A DNA stretch of 64,000 bases. Source: Bacteriovoracia bacterium (GTDB lineage Bacteria; Bdellovibrionota; UBA1018; JBFWNL01). Positions 56,358-64,000 of the stretch are shown piece by piece (within the stretch, counting starts at the first letter, position 1; each line of letters starts with the position of its first letter). Position numbers and translations under genes: made by a program. The stretch covers positions 124,808 through 188,807 of the forward strand of contig JBFWNL010000008.1 in the NCBI GenBank assembly GCA_050251055.1. The letters run 5' to 3'. The notes beneath the pieces were generated by a model. It did not search any database. It had not been told where the DNA came from and was given only the letters and a program-made list of their open reading frames with translations.

Positions 56358-57848
56358 ATGAAATATATTCTGGCGGTAGATCAGGGCACGACTGGCACGA
56401 AGACCCTGGTGGTCGACGAACAACTGAATATCGTTGCGGAAACCACGGTCGACTTTCAGCAGCATTTTCCCCAACCGGGTTGGGTGGAACACGACTTGAA
56501 CCAAATCTGGGAGACTGTCGTGATGGGCATCAGCGCGGTCACCCGAAAAATTGACGCCCGTCAAATTGCTGCCATCGGCATCACCAACCAGCGCGAAACC
56601 CTGTGTTTCTGGGAGCGTGAAACGGTGAAGCCGCTTGCACACGCCATCGTTTGGCAGGACCGCCGAACCCACGAAATGTGCGAGCAAATGCGCGCCAAGG
56701 GCACGGAGCCCTTCTTCCAAGAGAGTACGGGACTCCTGCTCGACCCTTACTTTTCCGGAACCAAAGCCGCCTGGGCGCTGAAGCACTGGGACGCGGTAGC
56801 CGCCGCGCGAAAAGCGGGATCGCTTGCCGCGGGTACCGTCGATAGCTTCCTCATCGCCAAGCTCACGGACGGCGCTTCGCATGTGACCGAGCCCTCCAAC
56901 GCCTCGCGCACGCTTTGTTTCCACCTGACGAAACACCAGTGGGACGCAGATCTGGCCGCCGCGCTCGGCGTGCCCACCGAGATCTGGCCGGAGGTGAAAC
57001 CCTCCACCGGTAAATTCGGTTTCACCAAAGACGTACCCGGCCTGCCCGATGGCATTCCAATCACGGGCGTACTGGGCGACCAGCAAGCCGCGCTACTGGG
57101 GCAGGCGTGCACGACCGAAGGTAGCGCGAAGTGCACCTACGGCACGGGCGCGTTCATGCTCTTGAATACCGGCGCGAAACCCGCGAAAAGCCGACATCGC
57201 ATGCTCAGCACCGTCGCCTGGGCCTTCAGTGACACGAACTACACTTACGCGCTCGAGGGCAGCGCCTTCATCGCCGGGGCGGCGGTGCAATGGGTACGCG
57301 ACGGCCTGAAGCTCATTCGCGCCTCGTCCGAGATCGAACCCCTGGCCGCAAGCGTTCCGTCTTCCGACGGCGTAGTCTTCGTCCCCGCACTCACGGGCCT
57401 AGGGGCCCCGCACTGGGACGCGCAGGCCACGGGCATGCTCACGGGGCTCACCCGCGGCAGCACCTCCGCGCACATCGCGCGCTCAGTGCTCGAAGGCGTG
57501 GCATTTCAAATCGCCGATATCTTGAGCGCGATGGAAAAAGACTTGGGTAAGCCGTTACGTGCGCTGAATGTAGACGGCGGCGCCTGTGCGAATAATTTAA
57601 TGATGCAGTTCCAATCCGACATCTTAAACGTGGAACTCGCGCGCCCGAAGTTTTTGGGCACGACGAGCCTGGGTGCGGTTTTCGCGGCGGGCCTGGGCGT
57701 GGGGCTATGGACCAGCCTCGACGACATCGCTAAAACCTGGAAAGAGGACCGGCGCTTCAAGCCACAGATGGACGCGGCCACGCGCACCGCCGCGCTCAAG
57801 CGCTGGCAATCGGCCGTGGGACGCGTCACCTATAGAACGCAGACATAG
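56358..57848 (+). CDS. glpK: glycerol kinase
   Basis: AVDQGTTG, GITNQRET, VWQDRRT, DPYFSGTK, GDQQAAL and KCTYGTG motifs; ATG 56358 with GAGGA RBS. Confidence 0.95.
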   Translation: MKYILAVDQGTTGTKTLVVDEQLNIVAETTVDFQQHFPQPGWVEHDLNQIWETVVMGISAVTRKIDARQIAAIGITNQRETLCFWERETVKPLAHAIVWQDRRTHEMCEQMRAKGTEPFFQESTGLLLDPYFSGTKAAWALKHWDAVAAARKAGSLAAGTVDSFLIAKLTDGASHVTEPSNASRTLCFHLTKHQWDADLAAALGVPTEIWPEVKPSTGKFGFTKDVPGLPDGIPITGVLGDQQAALLGQACTTEGSAKCTYGTGAFMLLNTGAKPAKSRHRMLSTVAWAFSDTNYTYALEGSAFIAGAAVQWVRDGLKLIRASSEIEPLAASVPSSDGVVFVPALTGLGAPHWDAQATGMLTGLTRGSTSAHIARSVLEGVAFQIADILSAMEKDLGKPLRALNVDGGACANNLMMQFQSDILNVELARPKFLGTTSLGAVFAAGLGVGLWTSLDDIAKTWKEDRRFKPQMDAATRTAALKRWQSAVGRVTYRTQT

Positions 57849-57869
57849 CGACGGCGCAAGCTACCGGCG

Positions 57870-58250
57870 TTACTTACGATTCGCGAATTTCTTGATTTTA
57901 CCGGATTCAAGATCCCGCATCATCCTCTCCCAACGATCGCGCTGAGCGATGAAACGAGCATGCAGGCTTTGGTAGGAAAATCTCAGCATCGAAGTCGTCT
58001 TCGGAAGGTGCTCGAGCGCGACCATGAGCTCTTCCAGCTGGCGACGACGCACCCAGGGAGGCATTTTTTCCACTCCCGCGACGTACATATTATAAAGATG
58101 CTGAACCTGATTCATCATCTCTTCCGCGCGGTTCATGTAGGTCTGCAGACGCTTGTTGGCCTCGTTGCCAGGCCCTCGGTTCCCTTTCAGCTCGGCTTCC
58201 AGGTCATCAATGAGGGGCGAGGTGTTGGAATTTTTTTTAATTAGTGCCAT
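57870..58250 (-). CDS. hypothetical protein resembling the MXAN_5187 C-terminal domain
   Basis: LYNMYVAGVEKMPP...LRFSYQSLHARF...WERMMRDLESG. Confidence 0.6.
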   Translation of the reverse strand: MALIKKNSNTSPLIDDLEAELKGNRGPGNEANKRLQTYMNRAEEMMNQVQHLYNMYVAGVEKMPPWVRRRQLEELMVALEHLPKTTSMLRFSYQSLHARFIAQRDRWERMMRDLESGKIKKFANRK

Positions 58251-58262
58251 AACTCTTGCATC

Positions 58263-58289
58263 TTATCGGCAAGGGGTTGGCGAATATGA
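58263..58289 (-). promoter_or_regulatory. possible sigma-28 promoter
   Basis: TCAT-N15-GCCGATAA; perfect -10, weak -35. Confidence 0.45.
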
Positions 58290-59746
58290 AGGTCAAAACA
58301 TTCTATAGCTGCCAAAGTTGTGGATATTCCTCGGCTAAATGGCTAGGACGCTGTGCTGGGTGCGGTGAATGGAACACCCTGGTGGAAGAACGCACGGGCG
58401 GGGCGGTCGACGCCAAGGAAATGGCCGGGACGCTTTCGGCCATGCGTGAGGAGTTTCGCGCGGTCGGACGGAAAGCGGACACCCGTGGAGGCCTGGGAGC
58501 CTCCTCCCACGGTGCCGAACCCTGGGTACCATTATATAGCGAAGGAACCGAGACGGAGGCCCACGCTCAGGCGCGCATCGCCACGGGCCTAGGGGAGCTA
58601 GATCGAGTGCTGGGCGGAGGGCTCGTGCCGGGTAGCTTCGTCTTGCTGGGAGGGGATCCGGGCATCGGCAAGAGCACGTTGCTCTTACAAATGGCCAAGG
58701 GCATCGGGGCGAAAGTTTTGTACGTGAGCGGCGAGGAATCCATCGAGCAAATCCGCGGTCGCGCCCATCGCCTGGGCGTCTCTAAATCGCAGCGGATTTT
58801 CCTCGCGGCCGAAACCCAGCTCGAAAAGGCCTTTGCTTCCGTGAAGGAGCTCGAGCCCGACGTGCTGATCATGGATTCGCTGCAGACCTTTGCCAGCGCA
58901 TATCTGGAAAGCGCGCCCGGTAGCGTTAGCCAGGTGCGGGAGATCGCCGCGCGCTTGATGACCTTAGCCAAGACCGCGAATATTTCCGTTTGGCTCGTGG
59001 GACATGTTACCAAGGACGGCAGCATCGCCGGTCCGAAGGTGGTCGAGCACATGGTCGATACCGTGCTGTATTTCGAAGGCGACGAAGGACAGAACTATCG
59101 GTTGATTCGGGCCGTGAAAAACCGCTTCGGCAGCGCACGTGAGCTGGGTGTATTCGAGATGGATGGCGAGGGATTGCGCGAGGTGACGAACCCGTCTTCG
59201 TTGTTCCTAAGCGAACGTCGCGATCCCGTCGCCGGCACCGCCATCACCGCTTGCCTGGAAGGGACGCGCCCGTTACTCGTAGAGCTACAGGCGCTGGTCT
59301 CCCAAAGCATACTCGCGCTACCGCGCCGTACATCCGTGGGACTCGAGGGCAATCGCTTGAGCTTGCTCTCTGCCATTTTGGAGCGCCACATGAAACTTTC
59401 GCTCGCGGACAAGGACCTCTTCTTTAATGTGGCGGGAGGACTGCGCCTCGACGAGCCGGCGTGCGACCTCGCCGCCGCGGCCGCGATCTGGTCGAGCCTT
59501 ACGGAAAAAGCGCTGCCTTCTGGCTGGGTTTGGATCGGCGAGGTCGGTCTTACCGGCGAAGTTCGCCGCGTGTCCCAACCCGAGTTAAGGGTGACGGAAG
59601 CGATGAAGCTGGGCTTTAAGGCCGCCGTGATTCCCGAAGCCAATCTCGAGCGCTGCGCGAAGATCGCAACGGCGGGCGGGATGAAGCTGCTTCCGATTCA
59701 GCATGTGGATGAGCTGCGGAAGATCATCCCCGCTAAACCACTCTAG
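58286..59746 (+). CDS. radA: DNA repair protein RadA/Sms
   Basis: C4 zinc finger CQSC...CAGC, GGDPGIGKST, KNRFG and Lon-like C-terminus; start 58277 or 58286. Confidence 0.95.
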   Translation: MKVKTFYSCQSCGYSSAKWLGRCAGCGEWNTLVEERTGGAVDAKEMAGTLSAMREEFRAVGRKADTRGGLGASSHGAEPWVPLYSEGTETEAHAQARIATGLGELDRVLGGGLVPGSFVLLGGDPGIGKSTLLLQMAKGIGAKVLYVSGEESIEQIRGRAHRLGVSKSQRIFLAAETQLEKAFASVKELEPDVLIMDSLQTFASAYLESAPGSVSQVREIAARLMTLAKTANISVWLVGHVTKDGSIAGPKVVEHMVDTVLYFEGDEGQNYRLIRAVKNRFGSARELGVFEMDGEGLREVTNPSSLFLSERRDPVAGTAITACLEGTRPLLVELQALVSQSILALPRRTSVGLEGNRLSLLSAILERHMKLSLADKDLFFNVAGGLRLDEPACDLAAAAAIWSSLTEKALPSGWVWIGEVGLTGEVRRVSQPELRVTEAMKLGFKAAVIPEANLERCAKIATAGGMKLLPIQHVDELRKIIPAKPL

Positions 59747-59823
59747 CGATCGTGCACCCTGCTTACCCAGTTTCCGCTTACTGAAATTTGACGCATCAAG
59801 TCATATTTAGTACCAGGTGGGTC

Positions 59824-60147
59824 ATGAGATCTTTTACCTTTATATTTCTGGCCTCCTTTCTGACCTTAAACGCATCGGCGGATACGATTCGACTGAGTCC
59901 CGGCTCCTCGATCGAAGTCGAAGCGAGCCAAACGACGAAAGTGATTTGTGAAGGCAGCGGCCCACCCCCGCTTACAAAGCTATGCACTTGTCGAGAAGGA
60001 GGGGGACCCCTCAGCTGGGCTGTGCAATTGAACTACATCACTACGGCCGGAGAGTATGGCGCGTCTTTCTACCTAACCTCCACCCGTTCCGAGATGACGT
60101 ACGACAAGTGCATGCAGACGATTGATACCCTCAAGGCCTGTCAATAG
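59824..60147 (+). CDS. small secreted Cys-containing protein
   Basis: signal peptide ending ASA; five Cys. Confidence 0.6.
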   Translation: MRSFTFIFLASFLTLNASADTIRLSPGSSIEVEASQTTKVICEGSGPPPLTKLCTCREGGGPLSWAVQLNYITTAGEYGASFYLTSTRSEMTYDKCMQTIDTLKACQ

Positions 60148-60271
60148 CGTCCGCGAGTTATTTACTAATGGCGCCAGGATTGGTCTTCAATCGCCTCCGG
60201 TTTGTAATATCACCGCTTTTCGGATAGAGTTTTTTCGGGCGAGCTAAAATCAATCGAAATCAAAGGGCTAA

Positions 60272-61366
60272 ATGGGCACGCCAGTAAACTCGCTCGTTAT
60301 TTTCTCTATCCTCGCTTCTGTTACCCTTACCTCCGCGTGCTCAGCCGTATTTCAGGCACCTACGCGCTCAAAATACTATCTCGTTTCCTTGCGATCCAAT
60401 TCGGTCGATATCCGACTCCTCACGGACGAGGGGGGAGAACCCATCGCTGTACAAAACGATGGCTTGCTTGGGATCGCCGCCCAATCCGCCGCGATCGATC
60501 CCCTGGGAAAATTCTTGTGGCTGTGCAATGACTCCACCATCACCACCTATCCTTTTTCGGGCGCCACCGGCCAGGTAGGGGAATCCACCGGTTCCATCAC
60601 TTTGGCGGGTAGCACGGGCACTTGCAAGCTGACGATGCACCCGAGCGGGCGATATCTCATCGCCGCCATCAGTACTAATTCGCGAACCGTTTCCCTTTCC
60701 ATCGATCCCGCCACGGGGGCTCTGCGGGACGTCGAAACCCGGCTACTGAGCGGGGGCACCATCGCTTACATGCACAGTAGTGGCCTCCACGCGATTTTGA
60801 GCGGAATTACTTTGAGGATAATCGAGTTCGACCCCGCCAATGGTCTATTCGGCGGCAGTACGAATATCTCGCTCGGAGGGTTGACCCAGCTCACGGCCTA
60901 CCGCGAAAGCCCCAGTCACGATCACCTGGTGATCATTAACAACGGCAGCCTCATGCTGATTGGAATCAACCCCGCCTCGGGAGAAATATCCGATACGAGC
61001 TCCCTCGCCACCGTTAGCTCGCTATCCAACGGTTTCGTTGGATTCGCCGATACCCACTTAGCGCATCACCCGTTCTTGCCTTGGGTGGCGTTTTTAAATA
61101 ATGCCGACGGCACGATTCGGCTTTATTCCTACGAAGGCGGCGACCACTTCAGCCTTCTCCAATCGATCGCCGCTTCCGGACAACACTGCTTCGCCTTTCA
61201 GTTTCATCCCACCGGGAATACCTTCTATTGCTCGAATGGCGCTTATCTGAGGACTTACTCGCTTTCCATGGACGGAACCGCTACGGCCGTTTCGTCGATA
61301 ACCGCATCGGGTTGGGTGTCACTCAATTCCTTCCAGCTCTTTAAGGTACGCGCACCGCTGAACTAG
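60272..61366 (+). CDS. lactonase-family beta-propeller lipoprotein
   Basis: lipobox TSAC; blades IDPLGKFLW, MHPSGRYL, IDPATGAL and FHPTGNTFY. Confidence 0.7.
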   Translation: MGTPVNSLVIFSILASVTLTSACSAVFQAPTRSKYYLVSLRSNSVDIRLLTDEGGEPIAVQNDGLLGIAAQSAAIDPLGKFLWLCNDSTITTYPFSGATGQVGESTGSITLAGSTGTCKLTMHPSGRYLIAAISTNSRTVSLSIDPATGALRDVETRLLSGGTIAYMHSSGLHAILSGITLRIIEFDPANGLFGGSTNISLGGLTQLTAYRESPSHDHLVIINNGSLMLIGINPASGEISDTSSLATVSSLSNGFVGFADTHLAHHPFLPWVAFLNNADGTIRLYSYEGGDHFSLLQSIAASGQHCFAFQFHPTGNTFYCSNGAYLRTYSLSMDGTATAVSSITASGWVSLNSFQLFKVRAPLN

Positions 61367-61428
61367 ACTTAGGCGTCATCAATCGAAGATGATATCGATC
61401 GGGCACCTCGATCAGCCCGAGGTGGTGC

Positions 61429-63456
<2,028 letters not shown>

Positions 63457-64000
63457 TTAGAAGTAATACAAGAGCGAGGGAGAGAACGAAACTGCGCGTT
63501 GGGACAGCGAGGCGTTGGCGAAATCGCCGCCCTTCGCCCAGATCTCGAAGCCGGCGCGGAGGATCATGCGCGACTCCAGGCGATAGTAACCCCCCAGGAA
63601 AAACGAGAAATCGGTCGACCCGCTGGAACTACCGGAGATCTGCGGAGTCTCGCTCAAGGACTTGAAGAGCCCCACATCGAATTCCAGCAAGGCGCCGAAG
63701 TTGCCGCGCAGGGGCAGCTCTCCGCCTAAGCCCAGGTAAAGCCCGGATACGCCCGTCGGCGTGGTGGTGCTCGTGGCCGGAAGGCTGAAGCCCATGCTGT
63801 GATAGCCGATCTTGGCAAACCCCTTGGGTCCGAACATATCGCCACGGACGAAGTAGGTGTAGCCGAAGGCGAGGTCAAAGAGCGTCATGGTGCTGCTGCC
63901 TGTGGCGCCCACCGCTCCACTCACCGAATCGGTCTCCGAATAGCTGAAGAAGCCGTAACCGAACGCTAACCGCGCGAAGTAGTAGTTACGCGTTAACCAG
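63457..64000 (-). CDS. outer membrane beta-barrel protein, C-terminal part (5' end outside window)
   Basis: amphipathic aromatic strands; terminal beta-signal SLLYYF. Confidence 0.65.
   Translation of the reverse strand, partial: WLTRNYYFARLAFGYGFFSYSETDSVSGAVGATGSSTMTLFDLAFGYTYFVRGDMFGPKGFAKIGYHSMGFSLPATSTTTPTGVSGLYLGLGGELPLRGNFGALLEFDVGLFKSLSETPQISGSSSGSTDFSFFLGGYYRLESRMILRAGFEIWAKGGDFANASLSQRAVSFSPSLLYYF

Noticed and set aside
55254-57086. 610-aa ORF overlapping glpK, and other long N-terminal extensions in the ORF track
   Set aside because: Internal ATG/GTG starts with an RBS, signal peptide or stop-start coupling explain the genes without large overlaps.

Overview
A ~60% GC bacterial chromosomal segment. 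Its gene content points to a predatory Bdellovibrionota/Oligoflexia-like organism (TIGR02147-type HTH, TIGR04565-type barrel, PilZ and GYF proteins, many secreted proteins); the taxonomy is an inference. Housekeeping genes include ligA, radA, glpK, hutG, a photolyase, two radical SAM enzymes, a TetR-TolC-HlyD-ABC efflux operon and tRNA-Arg(ACG). Five signals stand out. (1) An ECF sigma locus (23.0-31.6 kb): the motif G(A/T)AAGGA-N15-CGTCNRGC recurs three times, once before three giant modular type IV pilin-like adhesins plus a TPR/beta-barrel gene, and once before each of two duplicated anti-sigma-like + small secreted protein cassettes flanking the sigma gene. (2) A three-gene secreted operon pairs a plant-type fatty-acid alpha-dioxygenase homologue with a catalase-fold protein, a candidate extracytoplasmic oxylipin system. 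(3) A 165-bp exact tandem duplication at tRNA-Arg carries an interrupted antisense copy of the tRNA 3' end. (4) Three sigma-54 promoters drive a stress cluster that runs into a pentameric ligand-gated ion channel. (5) A perfect 32-bp intergenic inverted repeat precedes two microproteins. No CRISPR array, integrase, transposase, reverse transcriptase or rRNA was seen. All calls come from reading motifs by eye; no database searches were run.
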